Origin: a virus
Lineage: Duplodnaviria; Heunggongvirae; Uroviricota; Caudoviricetes
IMG/VR virus record: IMGVR_UViG_3300042934_000212
DNA: 64,000 nucleotides
Direction: 5' to 3' (one strand)
The notes under the pieces were generated by a model, which was given only the letters and a program-made list of their open reading frames with translations, ran no database searches and was not told the DNA's origin. Below are positions 31,417 to 40,775 of the stretch, piece by piece (within the stretch, counting starts at the first letter, position 1; the number at the start of each line of letters is the position of its first letter). Position numbers and translations under genes: made by a program.

Positions 31417-31810
31417 TGTTTAAGCACTCCGTAACAATGATGTTTCCCCAAAAACTTGTTGCCAAAGCTGATAGCTTTTCACGCTGAATTCGTTCTTTCT
31501 TTAACTGATCGAGAGTTTTTCTTTTTCTTTCGGCGTCGGTATTGTTATCAATCCAAATAGAGGAACTATTATAATAATCATTATTGTGGTTTGTGAATCG
31601 TGTCATGTCATATCCATGAACACGCAGTTCATCCTTTATAACCTCATAAACATGATTATGAGATTCCATATGATGAGTTTCGATGAATTTCTTCATAGAC
31701 ATTGCATTAGGCATAGCAACATTTAAGTCACCATGCTCAATAAGATACATATCCCCAGGACTTCCATAAAAACTAACTTTTAAATCATAAATTCTGAAAG
31801 TTGAACTCAT
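31400..31810 (-). CDS. Hypothetical protein
   Basis: First ORF after the sigma70 promoter region. Confidence 0.6.
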   Translation of the reverse strand: MSSTFRIYDLKVSFYGSPGDMYLIEHGDLNVAMPNAMSMKKFIETHHMESHNHVYEVIKDELRVHGYDMTRFTNHNNDYYNSSSIWIDNNTDAERKRKTLDQLKKERIQREKLSALATSFWGNIIVTECLNNGNGH

Positions 31811-31830
31811 AAACTAATTCCAATTAAAAT

Positions 31831-31863
31831 AAAAAAAAGGACAGAGCATTTCTGCCTGTCCTT
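31831..31863 (-). terminator. Intrinsic terminator
   Basis: GGACAG-N11-CTGTCC plus T8 on the minus strand. Confidence 0.7.
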
Positions 31864-31865
31864 AT

Positions 31866-31894
31866 AATGTATCAGTTTTTTACAGTACTGTCAA
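31866..31894 (-). promoter_or_regulatory. Sigma70-like early promoter
   Basis: Minus strand gcTTGACA-17-TACATT. Confidence 0.75.
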
Positions 31895-31901
31895 GCACTT
31901 T

Positions 31902-32831
31902 TTAAATACTACTTAACAATAAATCAACTCGGTTTCCACCTACTTGATTGTACCAGAGAGAATTTTTAATCTCCCTCTTGAAACGGTGTGAGTTACTATT
32001 TTCCACGCTTTTCCAGAGTTTATTAAACTTGGATAGTTTATCGCAGCCCATTGTATACGCCATTTCAAACAAAACACGTTGCTGATCTAATGTCAGGTCA
32101 ACGGCCTTCTTACGCTGTAAAAGTAGTACAAAGTCATTCTTTGTACGTTGCATATCTTGCAGAAGCATACTATGTGCTAATGCTTTACTGATGCCATTAC
32201 GGTACTTTGCTGCGTCTTTCTCGCCCTTCCCTAAGTAGTGACCATAGCCGATTGTAAAATGACCGGTGCTGTCACGATATGGGTAGAACTTTCCATTTTT
32301 GAAAGATGGACCAACTTTACCGCCGAGCAATCTCCGTTTAATTACTGCTTGGGATTCGCTCGTACCCTCTGCTTTTTTAAGATGTTCTATCATAGTCTTA
32401 TCAGTTATGTCAATCTCTTGACTTAAGTCTGGTAACACTACTGACTTCAAATCTTCATTGCTTGGGATATCAAACATTGTACCCGGATGCATTATTACAT
32501 CCTTATTAACCACCTTTAACACTTTGACGTATTCTTTTACCTCAACGTTTGCTGGTTTAATTTTAGTAGCTACTGTCCATAGACTATCACCACTAAGTAC
32601 TTTGTATTGCTTTCTGCTTACAGTTAGTTCAGCATCACTCTGAACAACTGGCGGTTGCGTTTGAATTTTTACTACTGGTTCTGTTTGTACCACTGCCTCT
32701 ACTGAGACTAATGATGTAGTACGATCATGTGAGATAAAACCTAATCCAAATGCAGCGGCAAGCAACGTAAAACCTACTAAGACATGTTTCAACTTAGCAC
32801 GAGTTTTGAGTTCTTGTATCGCTTTATACAA
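31902..32831 (-). CDS. LysM-domain, T4-lysozyme-like muramidase with N-terminal transmembrane helix
   Basis: TM segment HVLVGFTLLAAAFGLGFI; LysM YKVLSGDSLWTVA; catalytic AEG..YRDSTGHFTIGYGH; SLWYNQVGGNR. Confidence 0.85.
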   Translation of the reverse strand: MYKAIQELKTRAKLKHVLVGFTLLAAAFGLGFISHDRTTSLVSVEAVVQTEPVVKIQTQPPVVQSDAELTVSRKQYKVLSGDSLWTVATKIKPANVEVKEYVKVLKVVNKDVIMHPGTMFDIPSNEDLKSVVLPDLSQEIDITDKTMIEHLKKAEGTSESQAVIKRRLLGGKVGPSFKNGKFYPYRDSTGHFTIGYGHYLGKGEKDAAKYRNGISKALAHSMLLQDMQRTKNDFVLLLQRKKAVDLTLDQQRVLFEMAYTMGCDKLSKFNKLWKSVENSNSHRFKREIKNSLWYNQVGGNRVDLLLSSI

Positions 32832-32949
32832 AATTTCTCCTTATTACACATTTTGGTGCTTCTTCTGCGTAACTCGGACGTATTATAATAATGCGGCCTT
32901 ATTTGCACAAAGTCGCTCTTGGACTTTCTACGATAGTACTAGAAACGTA

Positions 32950-33537
32950 CTATTTCGAAATTTTATGTTCTCTATTGAAAATCAACTTCTCTATGTCAAA
33001 CATATTAAGTTGTTCTTCAGTAGCTGTCAACGAAATTGATCCCAAATCGTTGAGGTCACATTCGTTTATACCAACGCTCATAAATTCATCAATACTTTGA
33101 AGCATATGAGGCGGTACGATTTGTGACATTATAGGCTGGTATTTATCATAAGTCAATGAAAATTCTAGTAACTTAGGCTCTACCACCTTGAAGCCGTCAC
33201 GCACTGCTTGATGTAAAATTGATTTAAACCACTTGATATTTTCTTCAGAATCAGGTTGGTAAATGATTTCTTCAGCTATATTCCGGTGTACTGGTATAGT
33301 AGTATAAGGTGTTAATCGTAGTTCTTGAATTATAAAACGATTAATATCAAAATAGACATTCACATTGCGTGATAGTCGCTGTTTATCAATCAAATAATTA
33401 TATGCTTCACCATAATTATTGAATACAATTCCCAAATTGGAATGTACAATTTCACCAACAGGAGTGATGTTTTGTACATATCCAAAATATGGATCAAATA
33501 TTTTAAAATATTGTTCAATCATGATAAGTCCGGCCAA
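32950..33537 (-). CDS. Hypothetical protein
   Basis: ORF track; exact start uncertain. Confidence 0.55.
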   Translation of the reverse strand: MAGLIMIEQYFKIFDPYFGYVQNITPVGEIVHSNLGIVFNNYGEAYNYLIDKQRLSRNVNVYFDINRFIIQELRLTPYTTIPVHRNIAEEIIYQPDSEENIKWFKSILHQAVRDGFKVVEPKLLEFSLTYDKYQPIMSQIVPPHMLQSIDEFMSVGINECDLNDLGSISLTATEEQLNMFDIEKLIFNREHKISK

Positions 33538-33940
33538 TAGTTATGTGAAATTCTGGATATACTGGAAGACCCAATTCTCTACGAAGTTCTACTAATTCTT
33601 CACATTCAAAGTTAATTATGAAGAAATGGCCTGGATTTTTACGGTCTTTTATCTGAAGAACGTTAGGGTAAAATCTGATTTTTACTTTCTTTCTGTGATA
33701 CTTTTTCCACAAATGAATGTGTTCATCATCAGGTTTTTCACCACGCACAATACTTACGTGTGCACCCCAAGCAGGCATATCTAAATGAATATGTTTTTCA
33801 GTTCTAACAAAGTACTGATAATATCTTACTAAGTCATTAGGTAATTGTAAGACACACCAATACTCTGTTCTTTTTTTCATATCTTTCCGGTCAGGATCAT
33901 ATTCAAGATACCCGTCCAGTTCGATGTATTCGGTACTCAC
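33515..33940 (-). CDS. 2H phosphoesterase-family protein
   Basis: Two HxS/T motifs: AHVSIV and FHITIG. Confidence 0.75.
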   Translation of the reverse strand: MSTEYIELDGYLEYDPDRKDMKKRTEYWCVLQLPNDLVRYYQYFVRTEKHIHLDMPAWGAHVSIVRGEKPDDEHIHLWKKYHRKKVKIRFYPNVLQIKDRKNPGHFFIINFECEELVELRRELGLPVYPEFHITIGRTYHD

Positions 33941-33955
33941 AACTCACCTATAAAA

Positions 33956-34096
33956 TTAAAGACCAAAAATCTTTGCAACAGATGCAACAAATGCACCGAC
34001 AATAACAGTACTAACTGTAGTTAGAATAGGGTTAACAGCAAATGAAATTTTATACATCATTACTGCACCGATTATGTTGTTTCTAATTGATTTCAT
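33956..34096 (-). CDS. Small hydrophobic protein (46 aa), below the ORF-track cutoff
   Basis: MKSIRNNIIGAVMMYKISFAVNPILTTVSTVIVGAFVASVAKIFGL; fills the gap exactly. Confidence 0.55.
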   Translation of the reverse strand: MKSIRNNIIGAVMMYKISFAVNPILTTVSTVIVGAFVASVAKIFGL

Positions 34097-34097
34097 T

Positions 34098-34298
34098 TTA
34101 TTCTTCCCAATAACTAATAGCTTCTTTTACTGCTTCTTCTGGTGAAACAGAAGTCCAATCCAACAACTCATCATCAATCCACGGTGATAATTCACCTTGG
34201 ACTGTACTAAACCAATGTTCAGAAGGTGAATCAATAGATTTTAAAAATACAATAAAATGATATGCAAAATGCATTTTCCATTCTTCAAACGTAGACAT
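34098..34298 (-). CDS. Hypothetical protein
   Basis: Start reassigned to MSTFEEW (AAGGA SD). Confidence 0.6.
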   Translation of the reverse strand: MSTFEEWKMHFAYHFIVFLKSIDSPSEHWFSTVQGELSPWIDDELLDWTSVSPEEAVKEAISYWEE

Positions 34299-34317
34299 AT
34301 TATTAATTCCTTTTAAA

Positions 34318-34345
34318 TAAAAAAGCCCCACCGAAGTGAGGCTTT
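34318..34345 (-). terminator. Intrinsic terminator with C(UUCG)G loop
   Basis: Minus strand GCCTCAC-TTCG-GTGGGGC-T5. Confidence 0.88.
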
Positions 34346-34352
34346 GTGCCTA

Positions 34353-35870
34353 TTAACCTAGCACTTGATAGCGTGGACTATCGATAGTGCGTAGCATAAC
34401 TTGTACTGGATCAACATCCTCACCGCTTAGAACTGCTTCTAATACGCTTGGGCTGAATCCACTTACTAGTGCAACACCATTGGTGTCGAACTTAACTGGA
34501 TTGTTGCCAGGACGAGCATTTAGGTTCCAGAATACAACTACTGGTAGTTCATATCCTGCACGTGCAAAGTCAGCTTTCGCAGACTCATACGCAGTTGCAT
34601 TCCATCCACCAGAGTTATAGTGATTGAATTCCATGTCAGATAGAACAATTAAGTTCTCTGGCATTTGGTCTGCTGGTACTTGTTGCTGTACAGCAACTTC
34701 TAATACCTTTTTGAAAGCCAAACCAATATCTGTGCTGCCTGACCAGTACTGACCACCTTGATAGCGTTCCAAGTCAAACTTTTTCTCTGCAATGTTTGAA
34801 CCCTTAAGTTCAAAGATTTGTGGACGAGTGCTGAAGTTCAAGAATAGATCTTTAAAAGCACCTTCTTGTTTATCTGCAATGTACAAACCTAGAGAAATTG
34901 CAACATCCATACAGGTCATGCGTGTAGCACCTGCGGTTGTACCCATAGAACCAGAGGTATCTACCATAGGAATAGCTTTCGCATCACCCATGAAGTTACG
35001 TAGTGCTCCCCATTGTGCTACAGCTAGTGTAGTACTTGATGGGTTACGACGATCTAACTTGGTAGTTACGTCATATGGATATAGTGCACCTGCGTTTACC
35101 TTAGCTTCACCTTTTTCAAGAGATGCTAGATATTCACGATAACGACCTTCGTCACGTTTCATGAACGCTGGTAGATAACGAGAACTAGCAACTGATGGTA
35201 GCTTGTTGTAATCAATATCAGACCATTCGTTAGCACACATCTTTTGTTCAACAGTGTTGCTCAAAGAAGATAGTAGCTTACGGTATTCACGTTCATTGAT
35301 GTTCATCACACCCATGATTTCACGTGCGATTTTGTTGTTTGCTGCACGGTTTTTGTTTGCCGTGGTATTCATGTTCACAACACCTTGTGCGTTCTTTTTG
35401 AACTTATAGACGCGTGGCATCCATTTTGCACAAAGACCATTACCAGAAGTTAGTGCTTCTGCAATTGCTGTGTATGCAACAGTTTTCGCTGCTGCGGTTT
35501 TGAAGATTAGTAGATCATCCCAACGACCGAATTCTGCAAGTACAGGAATAATACGTAGAACATCTTCTGGATGTTTAACTTCCAAGTACTTTAGTAGTTC
35601 ACGTGGGGTATTACGCTCACCTGCACCACCGCGAATATCACGTGCCCAAAGAATCATCTGCAATGCTAAGGTTGAGTTAGCTGCATATGCTGCATCGAAA
35701 CTTGCTTTATAAGTGTTAAGATCTTTATTACGTAGAGAACCGATGATAAAGAACAAATCCACTAGTGGATTTAGTGTACTTTTAAGTGAGTTTCCACCGT
35801 TTGCGGTTTTCGCACGGTTTTGGGTTTCAGGTGTGTTGGTGTTGTTTACTGCGTTTTTAAATGCTGACAT
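34353..35870 (-). CDS. TROVE/Ro60-like protein with VWA domain (DUF2828 type)
   Basis: NPLVDLFF, WARDIRGGAGER, EFGRWDDL, CAKWMPR, VDTSGSM (MIDAS), LSDMEFN, LVSGFSP. Confidence 0.88.
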   Translation of the reverse strand: MSAFKNAVNNTNTPETQNRAKTANGGNSLKSTLNPLVDLFFIIGSLRNKDLNTYKASFDAAYAANSTLALQMILWARDIRGGAGERNTPRELLKYLEVKHPEDVLRIIPVLAEFGRWDDLLIFKTAAAKTVAYTAIAEALTSGNGLCAKWMPRVYKFKKNAQGVVNMNTTANKNRAANNKIAREIMGVMNINEREYRKLLSSLSNTVEQKMCANEWSDIDYNKLPSVASSRYLPAFMKRDEGRYREYLASLEKGEAKVNAGALYPYDVTTKLDRRNPSSTTLAVAQWGALRNFMGDAKAIPMVDTSGSMGTTAGATRMTCMDVAISLGLYIADKQEGAFKDLFLNFSTRPQIFELKGSNIAEKKFDLERYQGGQYWSGSTDIGLAFKKVLEVAVQQQVPADQMPENLIVLSDMEFNHYNSGGWNATAYESAKADFARAGYELPVVVFWNLNARPGNNPVKFDTNGVALVSGFSPSVLEAVLSGEDVDPVQVMLRTIDSPRYQVLG

Positions 35871-35962
35871 TATATCTTCCTTTCAGAAATGGATTAATTT
35901 TATGTTGACACACTTCTTTTTAAATCTTATTGATTGTGCGTACAAGCTCATTCAATACGATT

Positions 35963-35991
35963 ATTATACCACATTTTATTTTTCTGTTTCA
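35963..35991 (-). promoter_or_regulatory. TGAAAC-N17-TATAAT promoter
   Basis: Minus strand TGAAAC agaaaaataaaatgtgg TATAAT. Confidence 0.8.
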
Positions 35992-36003
35992 TTTTTCTCA
36001 ATT

Positions 36004-36026
36004 AAAAACAGCACCTTTCGGTGCTG
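36004..36026 (-). terminator. Intrinsic terminator with GAAA loop
   Basis: Minus strand CAGCACC-GAAA-GGTGCTG-T5. Confidence 0.85.
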
Positions 36027-36031
36027 CTACA

Positions 36032-36241
36032 TCAGTATGTTTTACAATGAGGCTTGAATGCAGTCATTACATTTGAATCGTCAAAGCTAAACGGATTGAA
36101 TGAGTTTGAGTTAGCAATATCTTTATTCATATGCTCTACTACTTTCTCACAAACTTCAGAACTTGGCATAGGAACTACATGAATTTCACTATAACCACCA
36201 TAGCTTAACGATACGTAAAATAGAAATGTTGCTAAACCCAT
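36032..36241 (-). CDS. Small hypothetical protein with hydrophobic N-terminus
   Basis: ORF track. Confidence 0.55.
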   Translation of the reverse strand: MGLATFLFYVSLSYGGYSEIHVVPMPSSEVCEKVVEHMNKDIANSNSFNPFSFDDSNVMTAFKPHCKTY

Positions 36242-36245
36242 AATA

Positions 36246-37511
36246 TTAATCCTCTGACTTTAGTAGATACTGGTTGTTGATAACTTTAAAGTGAATAGTT
36301 TGTCCATTAACTTTAACAGTACTTTTATATACATCACCTTCTGCGATTGGATGAGTAATACTTGCATGTTCAGCAGAAGCTAGTGCTTCTTTAATAGAAC
36401 CATAAACTTCAAAGAACTTGATAATATCACCCTGTGGAACAATCTGGACACCAAGTAGTGCAGTAATTTCCAAGAAATCAGCATCATCTAGGAAGTTCTG
36501 ATTATCTACATCCCAAATACGGAAACAATAGAACTGATGTTCAGTTAATTGTTCACGGTTGCCCTGAATACCCGGACCCATACATTCACCCTGCAATGCA
36601 AGCTGGCGATCATGTTTCTCACAGTACTCTTTTAGACGTGCTGGAATATCATCTTTAATAGCTGCTTTCCAGAATGCAGTACTTTCATCAAACTTCAATG
36701 CAAGATTACGAGAACAAACTACTACCTGAGAATCCTGCCACTGGAAAGGATAAGGTTTAGTTTCAATTACTTTAAGTTCCTGTAGTTCTTCATTCCATTC
36801 AACTACTTCATCATCCACTTTCTCAACAAAGAAATCTGGATTGTTAAAGTACGCAATAGTCTGACTAGAGCCATCAAGCTTTAGTGACTTACGGAATGGA
36901 ACATCAGTCATAGTCTGACTGAATTTACCAAATACGTTCTGAATACGATCTTCATCAGTTTTTGGAACTACGATTGGGAAGTTACCAGCAACTTTAGCTT
37001 TACCAGCTCCAGTTCCACCATTACGTTCGTCTGGACGTTCGTACTTGGTAACGTTTAAGTACTGCTCAATACCGTGACGATTTTCTTCAAGATCACGAAG
37101 AATATCTTTTGCATTACCCATAATAGTTTCAGCACTTGGCTGGCAGCAATACATTACATTATTATTAATACGATAGAAGAAATCTGCAAATGCAATTACT
37201 GGTAGTGCAAGACCCTGAGAAAGTTGTTTACGTAATTTGATTGACTTCAGACGAATACGGTCAACACCATGTTCATCAGTTTTTACGCCACTTTTTGCAA
37301 GGAAAGAGAAGCGTGGATCTTGTGCCGGAAGATATGAATCAATCTCAAAGAACACACAGTAATCACCAACTTTAAATTCATCTTTCTTTACAACTACCTG
37401 CCAACCATCAATGATTGCAAGTACAATTAGATCTGCACCTTCAATTGGCTGAATATCATTAATTTTACGAACAGTTACCAGTTTACGACCTTCAATTACT
37501 AGTTGACTCAT
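36246..37511 (-). CDS. ATP-dependent RNA ligase (Rnl2/DRB0094 family) with N-terminal OB-like domain
   Basis: RKLVTVRKI..GWQVVVKK..FFEIDS N-domain; motif I KLDGSS, LQGECMGPGIQGN, EGDVYK, FKVINNQYLL. Confidence 0.9.
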   Translation of the reverse strand: MSQLVIEGRKLVTVRKINDIQPIEGADLIVLAIIDGWQVVVKKDEFKVGDYCVFFEIDSYLPAQDPRFSFLAKSGVKTDEHGVDRIRLKSIKLRKQLSQGLALPVIAFADFFYRINNNVMYCCQPSAETIMGNAKDILRDLEENRHGIEQYLNVTKYERPDERNGGTGAGKAKVAGNFPIVVPKTDEDRIQNVFGKFSQTMTDVPFRKSLKLDGSSQTIAYFNNPDFFVEKVDDEVVEWNEELQELKVIETKPYPFQWQDSQVVVCSRNLALKFDESTAFWKAAIKDDIPARLKEYCEKHDRQLALQGECMGPGIQGNREQLTEHQFYCFRIWDVDNQNFLDDADFLEITALLGVQIVPQGDIIKFFEVYGSIKEALASAEHASITHPIAEGDVYKSTVKVNGQTIHFKVINNQYLLKSED

Positions 37512-37529
37512 TTTATTCTCTTTTTAAAT

Positions 37530-37859
37530 TTAGTTTTGTGGAACTCGACGGTTCCACTTCTGCATGACTTCTTCCATTGATTCACCGACCAATGAAGCAC
37601 CACATCCAAACTCACTTTCCAGACAATTAAATGTCCAGTACATTCCACGTTCAGTAATATCTTTTTCCAAAACAAGTTGTGTTGGAGAATGATGTGAATG
37701 TTTAATATCTAAATCTTCCCCAAAGCAATGTATATCTAATGAAGGGGATTTGTACCATTGCATTCCAGTAGGATGTAAACTGTCATGTAAATTATAATGT
37801 CCAGGTTGATTACCACAAAATGGACACGGTTTTATTTCACCTTTATATGGATGTTCCAT
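37530..37859 (-). CDS. Lar-like (restriction alleviation) zinc-finger protein
   Basis: IKPCPFCG ... CxxxxxxCGA ... WNRR. Confidence 0.7.
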   Translation of the reverse strand: MEHPYKGEIKPCPFCGNQPGHYNLHDSLHPTGMQWYKSPSLDIHCFGEDLDIKHSHHSPTQLVLEKDITERGMYWTFNCLESEFGCGASLVGESMEEVMQKWNRRVPQN

Positions 37860-37901
37860 ATTATAGTTTTCCTTCTGGAATATATGAAATTTTCTTTCTA
37901 A

Positions 37902-38234
37902 TTAATCTTTATAGCTCTTAATAGGAATATCAGAAAGTTCTTTTTGTAGATTATATTTCTCGTTAAACTGTTCGATGTTACGATATACACGAGAACAAAT
38001 ATAAACATTTTTAATACGAGAACGTTTTACCTTAGAAGTGTAAGTAATCGGTACATTAACCACTTTACTAAACTCATTACGGCGATAAGCGTTATCTACA
38101 TCTTCGTTTTTGATATACTTATAACCTTGTTTGAATAATTGAATTTGGTTACCCAATGTAATCATATAATACATTTTATTATTCAAACGTTCTGTATATT
38201 TTTGTTTATTCTTCTGAATTATCTTGCGTTTCAT
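37902..38234 (-). CDS. Basic hypothetical protein
   Basis: ORF track. Confidence 0.5.
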   Translation of the reverse strand: MKRKIIQKNKQKYTERLNNKMYYMITLGNQIQLFKQGYKYIKNEDVDNAYRRNEFSKVVNVPITYTSKVKRSRIKNVYICSRVYRNIEQFNEKYNLQKELSDIPIKSYKD

Positions 38235-38365
38235 TTGAACCTTTTAACTTCTTGCGAAGTACTGAAGAATTCGAAAAGTTTTTATCTTTTTCGAATGCGG
38301 TTTTATTTTCTTTATATTCTTCAGATAATGACTGAAGAATTTTCTTTGCACGTTTCTGAAAGTTA

Positions 38366-38494
38366 CTAGGCATCGTAAATTACCAATGCCCCAATAATTA
38401 ACCAGAATCCCCAATAATCTAAATCTAGTGCAAAACCATATGCACCAACACCACATAGTGCTGCACCAGCTAAAACCTTAGCTACTTTACCCAT
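38366..38494 (-). CDS. Small two-TM membrane protein (42 aa), below the ORF-track cutoff
   Basis: MGKVAKVLAGAALCGVGAYGFALDLDYWGFWLIIGALVIYDA. Confidence 0.55.
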   Translation of the reverse strand: MGKVAKVLAGAALCGVGAYGFALDLDYWGFWLIIGALVIYDA

Positions 38495-38499
38495 ATTTT

Positions 38500-39030
38500 T
38501 TATTTTCCGTGTAAAGGGTTAGTACTCTGAAAGTAAATGCTATCATTACTGGTTTCGATTGTAAAGCTCTTTTGGCATAATTTTTTAGCCAAAATAAATG
38601 CAAATTCCTGAGCTTCAGCTAAAAGTACTGCGTCAGTTTTAGGGAAACGTGGATAACAAATTACACGTGCAGTAATACCCGATTCTTTCCCACCAGTATA
38701 AACATACTCACATGGTGTGATCTGGAAACATGCACCTTTGGTGTAAGTATATTCACGTGCACACTGAACCGCAGTATCGAAATCACCAGCCATATGAATA
38801 GTTACATATGAAGTTCTTACCGATGCAATCTGTACAAACTCTGCAAGTTCTTTAGGGAATGGTTCTGAAGCATAAAGTTCCTGAACCCAATTACTGATAC
38901 GGTCAATATCCATCTCAGTATAGTTATTGTGTAGACGATTGAAAACTTCACGACTTTTCTCAAGCCATTCATTTTCAGTTTTACAACTATCATAGATAGC
39001 TTTTAATTCATGACGAATTTGACTAAGCAT
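38500..39030 (-). CDS. Conserved phage hypothetical protein
   Basis: YVYTGGKESG..ICYPRFP motif. Confidence 0.6.
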   Translation of the reverse strand: MLSQIRHELKAIYDSCKTENEWLEKSREVFNRLHNNYTEMDIDRISNWVQELYASEPFPKELAEFVQIASVRTSYVTIHMAGDFDTAVQCAREYTYTKGACFQITPCEYVYTGGKESGITARVICYPRFPKTDAVLLAEAQEFAFILAKKLCQKSFTIETSNDSIYFQSTNPLHGK

Positions 39031-39655
39031 TAGGAGATACCACCTTAATTGTTGAGTTTTTCATACGTAATACTGGATCGAAGAAAGTTTCTTCTAAATG
39101 TACTAAACGCATGAATGTATATAAACTTAATGTTCCATTGGAAATACTGAAAACACAGTGTGGATTGTCCTCAGAACGATACAAGTTACCGTATGAATAG
39201 TACTTATTACCAATCCAAACTTGGTCACCATTAGAGAAATCCATAGTTAGTCCAGATAACTTTACATCCATATCCCCAGCTTCAGCGGCTAGAATCATAC
39301 GCATTACATAACGATCAGAACGTTCAACAATACGCTTTTCTGCCATATCACTTTTATATGTTTTATAAGCTTCTGGATATAACTTACATAAATGTTTCAG
39401 GTACTGTTCATCCGTCATAACTACGGTGTTAACTTTATCCTCAGTACTTTGAACATCAAAAGTATCGTTTGGAGAAAGTGTAGGTGGTAATGATGATTCA
39501 TTTGATACAAATTCACGGACAGATTCATTAGCCATTAATGGAATTTGTTCACGTTTTACTTTATTCGTCTTTACTGCTTTATAAATTAATACTGGAGCAG
39601 TACCCGCAAATGCATGAGATGCAACTAAACCAAGTGCTAACCAAATATCGATCAT
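39023..39655 (-). CDS. Hypothetical protein with N-terminal membrane anchor
   Basis: MIDIWLALGLVASHAFAG; VWIGNKYYSYG core. Confidence 0.6.
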   Translation of the reverse strand: MIDIWLALGLVASHAFAGTAPVLIYKAVKTNKVKREQIPLMANESVREFVSNESSLPPTLSPNDTFDVQSTEDKVNTVVMTDEQYLKHLCKLYPEAYKTYKSDMAEKRIVERSDRYVMRMILAAEAGDMDVKLSGLTMDFSNGDQVWIGNKYYSYGNLYRSEDNPHCVFSISNGTLSLYTFMRLVHLEETFFDPVLRMKNSTIKVVSPNA

Positions 39656-40143
39656 GATAAATGTACTTCCTCATTCTTACGTTTATGAAACCAACTAGGT
39701 CGTTTTTTAGAAATTGGTTCTTCGCGTAGAACGTTGACCAATGTCTGTAGTGCATTGAAAGCTTCGTTGTTTATTACACCGCGATTACCAGTAGAAGAAC
39801 GCATTAATAAATGCTTCCCTTTTGGTTCATCACTTGTCCAGCCATATACACTACATTCAGGGTCTTCGATACTTACGTAAATACGACTTTCTGCAAAAGA
39901 CACCCCTGGTAAATTAGCAGGAACCATTTTAGTAAAAAGTAAATTATCACCATAACGACTAAACTGTACTGTCATTTCACCACTATTATAACGGTCAATG
40001 ATTCGTAGTAATCGCTGGCTTTCTGCATTGTCAAATGTGAAAAATTCCAATCGACGTCTAAAATTGTTTCCAAATTTACCATTTAGTCCAGCACTACCAA
40101 TAAACCAGATTAAAGATATAATTGAACAAATAATAAGTAGCAT
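39652..40143 (-). CDS. Hypothetical protein with N-terminal membrane anchor
   Basis: MLLIICSIISLIWFIGSAG. Confidence 0.6.
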   Translation of the reverse strand: MLLIICSIISLIWFIGSAGLNGKFGNNFRRRLEFFTFDNAESQRLLRIIDRYNSGEMTVQFSRYGDNLLFTKMVPANLPGVSFAESRIYVSIEDPECSVYGWTSDEPKGKHLLMRSSTGNRGVINNEAFNALQTLVNVLREEPISKKRPSWFHKRKNEEVHLS

Positions 40144-40174
40144 TTTCTTTCCTCAAGAATATGTTATAGGCCGA

Positions 40175-40203
40175 ATTGTATCAGCCTACGTTTCTAGTGT
40201 CAA
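40175..40203 (-). promoter_or_regulatory. Sigma70-like early promoter
   Basis: Minus strand gcTTGACA-17-TACAAT. Confidence 0.8.
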
Positions 40204-40775
40204 GCTTTATTTTTCAAAAAGTTACGGTAACAATGACGGCACATGCTTTGATACATATCATTACCACCAATCACTACCTGTTCAGTACTGTCAATTAAAC
40301 GAGCATTGAATATCGCTTTTTTCCCGCAAGCACAAATATTCTTTAATTCTTCGGTACTGTCAGCAATCTCAAATAGACGTTTGGAACCACTGAATAAATT
40401 CGATTCGAAATCAGTTTTAATTCCGTAACAGAAAACCGGAATGTCACAATCATCCACTATTTCACCCAAAATGTCAATCTGTTCAGTACTTAAAAACTGA
40501 CACTCATCAACAAATAATGCTTTAATACTCCAAGTTTTGCACATAGCATGTACATTCTTAAGTAGTTCAAGATCATCTTTTGGGATGATAGTTGCTTCAG
40601 ATTCAATGCCTATCCTGGATGTTACTTTACCAGTACCATATCTGTCATCGAGTGCAGATGTTAAAACCACTATTTCGTAACCACGTTCCCTGTAGTTAAA
40701 TGCTTGTTGTAATAAGTTGGTACTCTTACCACAACTCATAGCACCGTAATAATAAAAAAGTCCTTTTTCTTCCAT
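40200..40775 (-). CDS. tdk: Thymidine kinase
   Basis: GAMSCGKST, SRIG, VDECQFL, YGIKTDF, LFSGSKRL, CACG..C..C zinc site. Confidence 0.95.
   Translation of the reverse strand: MEEKGLFYYYGAMSCGKSTNLLQQAFNYRERGYEIVVLTSALDDRYGTGKVTSRIGIESEATIIPKDDLELLKNVHAMCKTWSIKALFVDECQFLSTEQIDILGEIVDDCDIPVFCYGIKTDFESNLFSGSKRLFEIADSTEELKNICACGKKAIFNARLIDSTEQVVIGGNDMYQSMCRHCYRNFLKNKA

Noticed and set aside
35905-35933. Plus-strand TTGACA in the TROVE leader as an antisense promoter
   Set aside because: The hexamer at 17-nt spacing is TATTGA, which lacks the essential final T of a -10 box.
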